Under the pieces are notes generated by a model. That model saw only the letters and a list, made by a program, of their open reading frames with translations, searched no databases and was not told the origin of the DNA. Positions 11,770-24,440 of a DNA stretch of 64,000 nt are shown one piece after another. A program made the translations under genes and the position numbers. Positions within the stretch are counted from its first letter, which is position 1. Every line of letters starts with the position of its first letter. Source of the DNA: Bigelowiella natans CCMP2755 (lineage: Eukaryota; Protista; Cercozoa); the NCBI GenBank assembly GCA_000320545.1, contig ADNK01001434.1:1-64000 (forward strand), read 5' to 3'.

Positions 11770-14700
11770 TCAAATGCTTTTCTGCTTCATATCCATATCC
11801 GCCTTGTGCTTGTCCGCTTTCGAAGCAACCATTGACGCTGTTTTTTTCTTTTAGGGTTTTAGAATGTGCAAAAATGTCAAATGAATAATGTGCATGGATC
11901 GATGATGGATCTCAGTGATGATTATGGGTGAACTGTAGAATTCGACCCTGAAATTGTGCTGTTATATCGTTTGCCCAAAGCATGCACACACTTTCACTCA
12001 ACATCATTTATTATGTGTTTTGACAAATTGCGCACCTGACTCTGTGCCAAAGACATTTTTTGTGCTGGCAGCTGAATTGTTTCAACGTATGACGCGTGTG
12101 ATTGAGAGCCGAGGAAGCTTTTTTGCAGGATCGTGTCTAATCTTTCTTCTACCTAAGTCGACATTGAAAGTTGATAAGAACTGAAAACTGGCTGGGATCG
12201 AAACTGATTCAAGGAAGCACCTTTACTGTTGCCTTCTTAAACAAATTCCTCGGTGTGTTACAATGCGTAAGGCTAGAAAAACATACAATTTCCTCACGTT
12301 ATATTGTCCCCATGATCAATTGCTATTCATCAAAACCTTCCTCTTCGTTGATGGTGGTGCACAATGTCTTTGGATGATGCCCTTCTTCGGGCTTTTTCTG
12401 CAAGATTTTCGATAGATTGTTTCACCTAGTTATATTTCAAATATACATCAGAGCTCTTCGTTGGCCGTTAATCAGGACAAAGACCTCATCAACACACTCG
12501 GAATCTATCATAACAGAATGAGGAGAGTCTGGATTCAAATATTTTCGAATAATAATTTCGGCTAAGAGATAAGAAAAATGCAGTCAGCATAAACAAAATT
12601 GCGCTAATTTTTTCAAATATCATCACCTCGAGCCCTCAACCCCCTATCAAGCTGGTTAAACGTGTGAACAGCTCGAAGAAATTTAAAAAGATCCATTGGT
12701 GAAGCCCCTCGCAAACAATCCCTATATGTGGAAGATATGATATCATCACAAACTCCAGGCCGAAGATCACGAATTCAAAGCTGCCACTCCGCTATCATAT
12801 ACTTAAATTTAGCCTTAATGTCCTCCCCATTTGCTTTCAGGTGGCTGGTCAAGTATTTTGAAGTTTCCTGGAATGAAACATGCCATAATTGAGGATCTGT
12901 AAGATATACGTTGCCAGACCAGTGTTTACCACTTCCTTCACGAAATAGTCCGTGCACACGCAGGATGTTCTGGGGCCATAAATTGCTAAATGATTTAGCA
13001 ATCCAACGAAATATTATTGAGACACAAAAGCAATAAACTCATCTTTCAACGATAAACCTAAATGATGCATGGCGCAGTACTTCGATCCTAGAAACTTCCC
13101 TTCTGGTGCTAAGCTCAAGTATGGACACCCATACGACTGGCATTTTTTAGGTCGTGCTCGTGCGCGCTGAAGGAAACGATAAGACTCAATGTTGCATGCG
13201 TTGTTGAAAAGAGATTGGAGATTAACCTCACCTTATTCTCAAGCTCTACCATCTGCTCTTTTAACAAAATTGATAAATTTTCGAACAAATCCTTAGCCAA
13301 AGAGAAGTTAAATGCAGAATTCTTGCATACCGGGGTCGCTAATTTGGTACCTTTTTCTCAGATTCATACGTTTTGTCGTTCATAACAACTTCTAAGAACT
13401 CAGTACTCCTAATAGAAACAATGTTTTGAGATATGAAGTCTCATTGTTTTGCTGTGTCTATCACCCATAGATTTCGAAGAGACTATTCATTTTTTTATAA
13501 TTTTTCTCTTGGAGATGACCTATTTATTTTGACGATGGAATTAAATTATGCACGTATCTAGTAGTAGTTGCCAATGCAACCTTTCATTAGAGCCGTGACG
13601 ATAACACGAAGTTGCTCGATTGTCCGGTGCAATGGTTCCACTTTGTATTTTCCTTCAGTTGATAAAGCATCCAATATCTATGATGGAGACAATTAGAATT
13701 GGATCAGCGACGACGATTAGACACATCAATACAGACCTGAACACCGAGAAGATTTAGGGGCTCGTCAGCATCGACAGTGTTACTTGCCGTCAGTATCTTC
13801 TCGTCAGCCTTAACAGAAAATTTTGTTAGCAAGGTTCTTCTTGGATGTGGATGAAACCGGTATGACCATGATTTTGATTTTTGTGGCAATCTTATAGAGG
13901 TCGACAAGTGCCGCCTTAGCTGCATGAATGATAAGCTGATTTCAACCACATCTTTCGTTGTGATGATGACAACTACCATCCTTTTTCCCATGAAGCTTGC
14001 AAGCAGCCCCTGTCAAAGCTTCTATAATTTTTTCTCCCTTCGGACCTAATGCGTAATATATTCCTTTATTAAAATTAACACATGTCAAGCTACAAACATG
14101 CACCACCAAGAAAGCGATTAATTATTTTTCTGCCCAGCTTCGTTCCGGCCTAAATCATGCATCGTATATGCGATACGTTACTCAGAGAAAATCTATCTTC
14201 TGATAGTTTGTACATGCGGTAAATAGAGTTAAGAATACTATTTGAAACGTACTAAAGATGGAAATTAGCACAAAGTTAGTTTCGATGGCAGTGATTTAGT
14301 AAAGCCAACAACTCTCTAATGTCATCATGATACTTTTTTTTGGCAAATAGCCATTGCTCATATTAAATTACCGTCTTCGAAGCCAGGAACTTCTTCGCAC
14401 GAAGTCTTAGAGGGCCTTTATCCGGTGAAGTATAGGCTTCCTCGTCTGTCAAAGGATCGACATCGGCCACATCTGGGGCCTTCAGGTCGGTCTCGATGTC
14501 CCCCATCGCAATGCTCGTTTCTTGATAGTGAAGTGAACGAGCGGAGAAATTAAAAAAAAACTACTGCTGCACTGACAGAACCGAACAACACAAATGTCAA
14601 CTTACTGCTCGTTCCGCTGTCGGGGAGGAGCATTCGAACACTACATGTACATGTAGAGCTCCGTGAAACTAGAATTTTGGTTTCCTGGTGGTTTTGAAGC

Positions 14701-16950
14701 ATCGACGTGCCGGAGAGACACATCTTTGATTTGTTGAATGTCTTACACATGAGATTCCCTGCGTTCTGAAAGTTTTCGAACCCGAAATTTTGTAAAAAAA
14801 ATGGCGACGAATTTGGGGCTAATTCATGGCATTGGAGACGAAGCGAGTATGTCGTACATGCGGTTACGTTGCTCTTTCTTCTAGTGCACACAAATGAGAT
14901 TGAAGATTGCTTTGACCTTTGTAGCAAGCTTTCATTGTGCTCTTCGTATGATGCAGGCGAATCTCCTTTTAAAATTGGGAAAATCTGGTATCGAAAAAAC
15001 TCAGATCGCATGCATTTTGGGTCAAACCCATGTTTGGTTGATACAGATAAACACTAACGAGACCAGTTGACAGATAAAAAGGATGCCCTTATTGGAAGTA
15101 AGAGAAGGGTCAGGCTCTGAACCGCGAAAATTGGCCTGGGTTTCTTTCCTTCCAATGCCTCACATGCCTTGGCAATACTCAAAGGGTCCAACCTGTCAGC
15201 AAGTACTCGAACTACTCCTTCAAAGGAAAAATGATGCGTTGCAAAGTCATAGAGAGACATGGGTTTTGCTACTCGCATGGAAAGAATTCTCCTCGATTCG
15301 AAAGGCTCGAGCTCTCACGCATCGATAAAAGGTTAAATCCCATTCTTCAGATCCAAGCACGAGCTACCCTTTCCCTCTTTTCTTTCCATCAAACACTTTT
15401 AAGCAACAGTTAGCCACTCTTCGGAGGCCGATTCGACCGTCAAGCAGTGTCGAAATCGCTCATCCCGGAGGTCTTAGCTCTGACCTAGTGTTAAGATAAT
15501 CACGGCAATAGATAAAAGCTTGTTAGTTTATTGTCACGGCTCGCAGAAAAAGGTCACGGGACAATCCTGGTCGATTTTTTTCCCTACACAGCCTCTCCAT
15601 TTACTTAAATTTTCCATATCCACGGCAGTGACACTATCCCCCCCGTGAAGCAAGCAAGGTATTTACACACACCGAGAGAAGCCAAGTTGCTGGACAAGGT
15701 TTCTATTTTATCCACAGATACGATAGATGCGGTGAGAGATTAACTTTCTTGTCATGTTGACTGACAAAGCATGTGATTTTCACTCGCTTTAACCAAAATT
15801 TGTCTTATCGAAACAAAAGTCACCTGCATTGGATTGCTGCTGCGTAGGATCAAACTATCTCACCCCCACTTACTTACCTTCGCTGGACATAAGCAGAATT
15901 ACCACGATGATGAGATCTACAGCGAGAGAAGACTGTCCTAAGCTCTCCTGCTGGGATGCACAAGATAGGCGCTATGTCCATACGAAACCTGTGTCCGTCG
16001 TCTACCCTCCAGGCAATTCTCTTTTTCTTCTTCAAAAAGTCTCACTGATGCTGCTAGATTATTTTCTGATGAGTTTCTAACCTTCCCAGGGCTTGACGAA
16101 GCGAATGAACAAAAAATCTTTGACTCTCACAGCGTACAGCTTGTGGATGATGATGAGAAGCAAATCCTTCATGGATCTTCGAAAGTAGTCAACATCTTCG
16201 TCGATCTCTTCATTAACTCGTGAAGATGAAAATCTTCGTATCTTTTAGGTAAAAGAGTCTTCTGAAATCGGACGGGCCAAGAGACGAAGTTGGGGAGTTG
16301 ATGAGTAATGCAACTTTATTTTCCAATCGTAGCTTTGTCCTAACAACATGATTTCTTCATGAAAATCCTGGATGTGCATTCGGAAATATCAGGCACAGAA
16401 GGTGCGTAATTCATTAGAAGGGAAGTGTATATCAATGAGTGAATATGGCAAACAGGTTCCTTGATGGACTTGAACTATACGGAAGAGACTGGCGTGCGAT
16501 ACAGAAGCACGTCAAGACTCGCACAGTAAGTACCTTACTGGATATTTAAAATTCTAAGTGAAAGTTTAGCGCAATGGGTTTGACTTTCTGGTATCTATCG
16601 ACAGGTGGTTCAGATAAGATCTCATGCCCAGAAATATTTCTTGAAGCTGGAAAGACTCGGACGGGTATGTTTGTCTACCAAATCTTTTTTTTTTTCCTTC
16701 GCTCTCTAAATGAATGAATCTATCAGAGCAATGTAATTCCTCCTCGTAAAATGCCAACGCACGCGCATCCTCGGAGCAACGGTAATGAAGATCTCCATTT
16801 GGACTTTTCTAGTCTTCCCAAGATAGTTATCTTAACGTCGTCACCATGAATCAGGAAAAGTGAAAAACGATGGCAAACCCAAGAAACGACAAAAATGGCA
16901 GGTAGAAACTCTATTTTGTCTCCATGTCGGGTAACACCACTCACGCAATT
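11770..16950 (-). CDS. Large multi-exon protein with a C-terminal RGS domain (N-terminal part unassigned; may be two genes)
   Basis: Spliced exons at 12.1-12.8 kb read MDLFKFLRAVHTFNQL..AEIIIRKYLNPDSPHSVMIDSECVDEV..NLFKKATVKVEERLDTILQKSFLGSQSHASY, matching the RGS helix pattern. Further minus-strand exons with GT-AG introns run to ~16.9 kb. Confidence 0.65.
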
Positions 16951-17062
16951 TCCACTAATTTCTCAGCCGGACGAACATGAAAGATTTGTTCAAGCTATCA
17001 AGATGTATGGAAGGGTAGTTGATGATGAAAAAGATATGCTAAGGCTTTCGTGATCATATATT

Positions 17063-17101
<39 letters not shown>

Positions 17102-17261
17102 ACTGGTCGCGCATTCGGGATGCCGTTGGAACGAGGACAGTGACGCAGATTTGCAGCCATGCGCAGAAGGTTCTATATCGTCGTCATGCATAAGATCGAG
17201 TATTATCAGATTGAATATAGTGATAATAATCCCCTTTTATCATCATCATCATCAGTACTTC

Positions 17262-17743
17262 ATGAAATTGGAGAGAATGGGCCAGGTCGATCTTATTCCT
17301 CTTCCCCGTCCGCGGAAGCGGAAACATGATGGAAGCGATGGGTCTCATTCCCAGGGGAGAATGTCCCCCGTAAGATCTATTTCGCCTGGAGTCAGAGGAG
17401 GTGTTACTATCTTCTCTCTTCGTTTTCTTTATTGAGTAATATACAACTAACATAATTCTTACTGAACTACAAAGGAGACCCTAAATGGGAAGATCCCCTA
17501 CCGACTCCAAGAGACGAAAAGAAACTTCGCGTTAAATTACGCTCAAAGACCCAACTTGATTTTTCGGAGGAAAAAGGACGAAAATCTCCCTCTATCGCTC
17601 CCCCCCCCCCTGCTTCTGCTGCCGAAGATGGTTTGGATCATTGCGTGAATAAATTGATATGCAACGTAACGTATCATTCTAATGTTTTTTTAGGAATTGA
17701 AGCTGATACTATTCAAGCATTACTGCTGTTAAAGCAAATCTAA
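17262..17743 (+). CDS. Small basic, low-complexity, probably nuclear protein (3 exons)
   Basis: NLS-like PRKRKH, SP sites, C-terminal EADTIQALLLLKQI, and canonical introns at ~17391-17474 and ~17632-17693. Confidence 0.55.
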
Positions 17744-18270
17744 AAAAAAAAAGTTCAATCACTCCGTGAAAGGAAGCCATGTGCTACGCACGTCATAGAT
17801 GCACACTGAGGATTCTCTGTTGTATGTACAGAGCTAGAGAGTAGTCTACTACCGTCAAATTATTTTTTTTTAAATTGCTGTAGAATCCCAGTAATCATAG
17901 TACGTTTACATGAACAACATTAATTTGATTTATGTAATATCCCTCTAAATGACCTCATATTATATTAGAAAATTCCAAGGTGTTTTGCAGTAAATTTTCT
18001 TTTTTCTCGCTATGCATATTAATTCAATATGTTTACATGTCACTGATGATATGTGTAGATTTATTATCGCGGGTTCATAAATACTTCTGTACTGTTTTGC
18101 ATGAGATATCTAGATATGTGCGATGGCGTGCTAGCGTAACATGTATGCAGGTATTGAACATTAAACACAACAGTGCTGAGTGAGCCAGGGAGGTGCATGC
18201 GCACACACGCGCACTCCTACGATAAACATTGGTTTTGTGTTTATATAATACATGCTGCAGCTGCGAAAGT

Positions 18271-18292
18271 CACGCTAGCACGTGCTAGCGTG
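18271..18292. repeat. Perfect 22-bp palindrome CACGCTAGCACGTGCTAGCGTG
   Basis: Self-reverse-complementary. The half-site recurs at ~18127-18137 and 18325-18336. Confidence 0.9.
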
Positions 18293-18800
18293 TAATATAT
18301 TCTTTCATGCCTTTACACCCATTGCACGCTAGCACGACATTAAAATTACAGAGAACAAGCGAATGTGTAAATGCATGCGAGAAATTTGATCTGATGCTAG
18401 CATGCCACAACATACAAACCTAGAAACGCTGAACTCTTGCTGTGCTCACGACATTGCTTGATATAACATTCATCGGCCTGTTGGCGCTGACTTTTATATG
18501 TACTCTTTTGTACTCATTTTGCCTTGAATTTAAGACTTGGCCATTGCACGCAGCTAGGCAGTTTGATGCGGAAAAATCTTTCGAAGGGAGAAGCACAAAA
18601 GAAATCCTTCGTGAGAAGGATTGTTCACTGTGTCTGCCATTTTATCCCGTCGTTCATTCAGTTTGGGTTCAGTATTTTGAATGGATTGCACTAATGTAAG
18701 AAATATAACAGAGAGTTGGAAATCTTTCCTGATGTACTTTTTACGGCATAAGTCTCATGGCAATATGAGAAACAAAGCTGCTTACTGATGCTTGGATGCT

Positions 18801-20646
18801 CTATGACTGTACAACTTCAAACGACTCAATAATTTGCTTCAACTTATTCTGATATCGTCCCCATTGAGACCTAGAAATTTGGAAAAATCAAATCCTAATT
18901 AATATCCGAGTCTCAACGGGCAGGGGGAATATGAAATCTCTATATTACTGGGTTGATTTGACAGCCAGAACGTAGACGTGGCCCTTGTAAACCGTCGCAG
19001 AAACAAGAGAGTGAGGCCGGACCTCGTAGTTGTAGTAGGTTAGACCATTCTTCTTCACAACCCTGCTCATAACAACGCCGTCTCATTAAAACACAGCCAA
19101 TAGCAAGATTTGGCCCCCCCTTCTAAGGTACTTATCAATTTTGTTACTTGACATCGGAGACTTCCTCGCCATCCTCCTCAATGCCAATTCCAAGGGCTTG
19201 AGGTGCGAACGCAGGCAGCAGCTTCATCGGCGGTGCAATCTGCAGCCGAACAGGAAAGAAAACACAAAAACAAGAACACACCGTACCATACTCTCATCAG
19301 ATATTCATTCTTCTCCATTGAGAGAGATGCCTTACTTCATCGATGGTGATGGTATCTACTTGATCCTCGTCGTCAATGAACGTGAAAACAGGCGGGAGGA
19401 CGACCTGAGAAAGTTTTCTCATTTGTAATGAGAAGCGCTTCCACCTAAGACGCAGGCGGGGGAACAATGAAAAAGACTAGATTTTACTATACCAGTAAAT
19501 CCCCCATGTCTGGACTGGTGAAACGAGAGTCGGTCTCGGGGCCCTAAGTTGAGAGGGAACCCAAAACACTCGATTATCAACAAACGAAGTGGTGATAGGT
19601 GAAACATATGAGGTGTGAAAATAGGACGTCATCTTTTCAACCGATGGATCCGCAACAGAGACTGCCTTCTGCTTCCTACAAATTAGGGTTACAAGGACAG
19701 AAAATAGTGAGGCCACAAAGTAACATCTACTTGATGTTTAGGGAGGCAAATACCATCCGTCTGGGACTTTGAAAGAATACGGTGGAAAGCTACGACAAAG
19801 ATATAACACACAAAGAGATATCGTTCTACATCACCACGAATATATATGCAGGACCATTAGCTTCCTTCACGATTTCAATTTTTTTTAAAAATACAATATC
19901 CAACTTACTTGCCCTTGCCCTGAGGTAGTGTAAGAAAAACAAGGGAAAAGTTAGTTAGATAATGATTCTTCCCTTTCCGACGGCAATACTGAATCAAATT
20001 CGTCTAATATGTATCTTGGTTAAGCAATGAAAACCTGACTGATAGCTCGCATGCCCCCCGAGGCACTGCAAAAGAGGAAGTCGAGGAAAGTTATAAGATT
20101 CAACACAACTTTGAAGAGGAGACATGATGAATTCGCATTCGCAGTACGGAAGAGCACCTTGCTCCATATGGTCGTGTGTATAGTCTGAAACCATCTTCAT
20201 CCACATCCCCGAGACCAGGGGATCGCTAATACGAGTCGAAGTGCATAAGTATTCGAATTAATTTTCGTACACACAAAAAAAGGGGTACTCATTACCGAGG
20301 CAGTAACACTGTCCTTGGCCATGGAGGGGGCAGAATTCATCAAAAACATCGAACCCGCTGTAAGTGTTGTTGTTTGTATGATTGATCGACGTGGTAAAGA
20401 GCTCCCGCCATCCCTATGCTCCTGTGGGGCTGCTCCACATGCCATTGTCATTCTCGAAGAAGAAACTCCAACGCGGCTGCGGAAGGCTCCCTTAGAAACA
20501 CGCCCTACTGTCGTTAGATCACGGACGCTGCGATTTGATCCGCCAACGACGAAGATAGAAAAGGCAACTGCTCCCACAATAGCCAGGAGAACGAGCCGGT
20601 TCGAGCGACTGGCAGCTTTGGTGTGGAGGGGGCGTATGGCTACCAT
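18801..20646 (-). CDS. PPD6: PsbP-domain thylakoid lumen protein, PPD6-like, with a tripartite presequence
   Basis: Signal peptide, then an R/S-rich transit-like peptide, then a twin-Arg signal (PRRSII..SMA). Mature exons DGFRLYTRP, PPYSFKVPDGW, VSVADP, LLPAFAPQALG and GLTYYNYEVRPHSLVSATV..QWGRYQNKLKQIIESFEV match PPD6 as I recall it. Confidence 0.85.
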
Positions 20647-20889
20647 TGCAGCTTGTTATTAGAGTCAGCTGCGGTTTCCCGACAAGCTGATTTGGGCCAA
20701 AATACATCGAAGAAACATCGAAATTCGGTAGAGACTTTCGATTGCATTGAATAGAACAAAATCCATCGAGGTAATATCCTACCTTTGATTCGTCGTACTT
20801 TGCACTTGAAGCTTAATTGAGGGGACCCGATGCGCGGAAGGGGGAGGGAAGAGAAAACCGAACTCGCGGGGTCGGATGCATCTTCGGCC

Positions 20890-22530
20890 ATGCGAAGGAG
20901 CTTCCCTGACCGTCAATTCCTCCGTTATAATGGAGAGCGCTACCCCCGATACCCCCCGCAACGTCTACGCCGACTCCAAAACGTAGCTCTCACGGTAGGC
21001 TGCACGGAAGGTCCACAGTGGCTTCGATTTTCAATTCTGCTATCGGTCTTTATGGATCTCAGGTTTTCTGTGCCTGGCTAGCTCTCTCGAGTGCCAGCAC
21101 TTTTTCCTCGCCGGGTCAACAACAACCGTCACGACAGGAAGATGCCATGCTTCGCAATAACCCGATCAAAAGCGTGGTTGGAGGTGTTCTCCGGCCTGTC
21201 AATTTCCTCTGGAGCCCCTTCCGAAAGATTATCAGAGCATCGAGAAGAATAAGGTACTCTCTTCCTATGGAACCATATGACGCAACGTAAACGTTGGAGA
21301 ACACGCTGCTTCTGAAGAGCTAGGTAGAACTTATCTTGCCTAAACGACATCTATCAGGGTTCGCACACGAAAACGGAACCAACGTCGGAAAGCGTGTGAA
21401 ATGAAATCGATCGTGGAGGAACAATTGCGCACCAAGCCAGTAGAGGGTATTAGGAATGCGAGCAAAGCAGAGCCTGCCTCTGAGACAGTCGCTCAGTCAC
21501 AGACTTTCGAGGTAAGAATTCTTGGACTTGTATGTATTTTCCGTTGCACATCCTTCTTCATGCATGCAGGCTATCGTTGGCCAGGAATCGTTTGAGCAGG
21601 AGGGCGAAGACCTTCGTATGAAGGTATTCATGATCCAAAGCTGTGAAAACTGTCTAAAGATAACGCTGTTTATCGCTGTTTACAGGTGACGCTGTCCACT
21701 CTGCGTAGAGTGCGATCGAAGGATGTCTCTTTCTCAATTGATACGAGTCGTCGCCTAATACTGAGGGTATTTAAAGTAAATTTCACTGCATTCTATCTCA
21801 CCCTACTATCTGCGTACAGGTTTTTGGGCAATTGGTAACTAATGGAACGCTTTACCAAAACATAAAGAAAGACGAGGTTTGTCAGCTCAGTTTGTTTTAT
21901 GCCTACCCGCATACGTGTACTGAACACTTTCGTTGCGTAGACTTACTGGGAATTGGAGACGAATGAGAAAACTGGGATGCCATCAGTTGTAATATCAATG
22001 GTCAAGGCGAATGAGAATATGTGAGACTCCAATTTAAACTCGATGATTGCGACCCTACGTGATTGTGAGGCTTCGTGTCATAATACGAAGGTATTGGCCG
22101 ACCATATTTGTTGAGAACAAGGAGCATATCAAGTCAAGCTGGTAAATTAATTTATCATAATGTTCTTGCGTTCTAAGCATGCTCCAATCCTGAATTTGGA
22201 CGAAGGCTGGTCCTCAAGTAACGATTTTTACACAATTTTCTCTACAGGGACAAGATAAACAAGATTTCATACGAGATAATGGTTGAGGCAGCGACACGGT
22301 CTGACAGTGGGTTCACGCCAATGTCTATCGGAGAATTCCAGAGTATGCCATGGGTAATCCTTACGCAGTTTCACTTCAATTTGTTTGGGATATATCCGCC
22401 ATGATGCTTCATGTTCCAGGAGGACAGAGTAAAGCGAATGTCAGCGGAGAAAATGAAAAAACTCCAAGAATATATGGACGTAAAAATTGTAGTAATAGTA
22501 ATAGTAATAGTAGTAGTAGTTGTTGTAGTT

Positions 22531-22564
<34 letters not shown>

Positions 22565-23054
22565 CACTAGCACAGTGGGAATGTGGTTCTTTCCGTTTGA
22601 GCTTATTAAGTCATCGAGAAACATTTTCCAGGAGGCGAACGGCAATATGACACGAGAAGAACAGCAAAAAATGGTGGAGTATTACAAGAATCGTAACCCA
22701 GAGGTCAGAAAAAAATGATGAACAAACTTTTGATATTGCGCTCAGCCATGCTACAAATTGCCTTAGGGATCGCAATCGTACCTCGACGCACTGGAAAAGG
22801 GAAGAAAACACATCGGCTCTGATGATATGACGATAGATCACCCTGCGTTGCCAACTGGATCCAAGTTGACATTCCGACGACCGTCTCATATGTCGAAAGA
22901 AAAATTTGAAGCGGCCAAAAAATCCTTTTTCTCGGCGACCCCAGAACAGCAACAAATGATCCTGAAATCTGTGGCTGCTCACAACAAAGCAAAGGACGAG
23001 TTGACAGGAGCATCCAACATAGAGGAAAAAAAGGGAATTTTTGAGTTAGAATGA
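20890..23054 (+). CDS. Probably plastid-targeted CS (p23/NudC-like) domain protein
   Basis: Signal-like VFCAWLALSSA plus an Arg-rich transit region. CS-type exons: VTLSTLRRVRSKDVSFSID..LILR|VFGQLVTNGTLYQNIKKDE|TYWELE..VVISMVK..|YWPTIF. Confidence 0.7.
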
Positions 23055-23099
23055 TTCGCATAGTCGGTAGTTACAAGACGCAGTCTTCTCGAGTAGCCA

Positions 23100-24440
23100 A
23101 ACATTTGGGGTGAGTCGCTGCCTCCAGGCTGTGCGCAAAAAACAAATCATAGATCACTAAGAGAAGTAGCGCAATAGACAAGCACAAACCTTAGCAGGCG
23201 GTCATCACCATTCATGTGAGACAACCGTGTCAAGCTAGCAAGCTTCAGATGCGCCCATGCATGTTCTAGATGTTGTGCGTGCGTTTTTCTTCTGTTTGTC
23301 TGAAAGCACCGCAATTGACCATGTTTCCTCGCTCACGTGAACTCTTCTGTCGAATGGCCATTAACGGAGCACACGATTCGGTATTCATCGCATGCACCAT
23401 GCATGCAGATTTTCCTTGCAGGGAACAATGCTGTGCGGGCATCATTGACAGTTGATGCACTGCTGTTTGCGCGTCAAATTGTGACCCTGTCCAAAAATGA
23501 TTTGTGTGCGACCATGGTGACAGCTGTCAGTTTGCAAGTTTCGAAGCTTGCATCCCATGTGGTGGCTGAGCAACGCCTTTCCGCCAGTGTGTGCTTGTGC
23601 CTAGCTTGCGAGAGCTTCGTGTCGCGACCACTGCAGCTCAGTCGGCGCAATGTCGCTTGCATGACCAAGCAAACAGGTGTTTTGCTTCGTGCTGTTTGCG
23701 GTTTGTGTTTGCGGCGCGAAGACACTGCCAAGCTGACAAGTATCCGTCATCATGGTGCATCAGGATCAGGCAATGACACAAAGACACTTCCACACCAATT
23801 GTTCCACACAAAGAAACTGACCTTGAAAGTTGATCCCTTCGAAGTTGGTGGAACTTTTTCACCCTGCATCGATCTTCAGTGTCCTTGTCTTTCGTATTTT
23901 TGTCTTTTCATGCATGTGATCGTCCTTTGACTTGCTCGCCAATTGAACCTGCATCTTGAAGCACTCGTCAATCTCAAACATCCTCGGAACAAGTGAAGAA
24001 GCATCGTGCAGCTGAGGGGTTTCATCAATGAGAACAATGAGAACAATGATGAAAAACCACATTTCCAAAGTGTGGCAAGACGCTTGCAGTGCACGAAATG
24101 CAGTGCCTCGAACTGGCTTCAGCTCAGGACTGACTAGCTAGCACCAGGCAAACTAGCGGGGATCATGCAAATTGGCACGATCTAAGCATTGAAAAGCATC
24201 ACAACTAGTAGCCAAATGAAGACGACGCAAGGTATCAAATCAATCCTGAGCAGGAACTTCCTGACAGCTACGTCCACACGGAGATCAACGTTGGGGACAA
24301 CCGAGGGGGCATCAGGAGTGCCATCGCGCTTTTTCTCTTTGGTTTCAAAAGTTTTTGTTCTGCGACAACTTTGTTCATTGTTGTCGCATTTGCAGAATCA
24401 CCAGCAAAAGAACGGAGTGCATGTGAACGGAACCCTTGAA
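23100..24440. other. TpA-depleted intergenic island 3 (the strongest)
   Basis: Hand count: 5 TA in 23281-24120 (840 bp), against ~32 in the nearby 24481-25260 (780 bp). Confidence 0.85.

Noticed and set aside
23266-24094. Many overlapping ORFs on both strands as real genes
   Set aside because: Explained by loss of TAA/TAG through TpA depletion. No domains were recognised.
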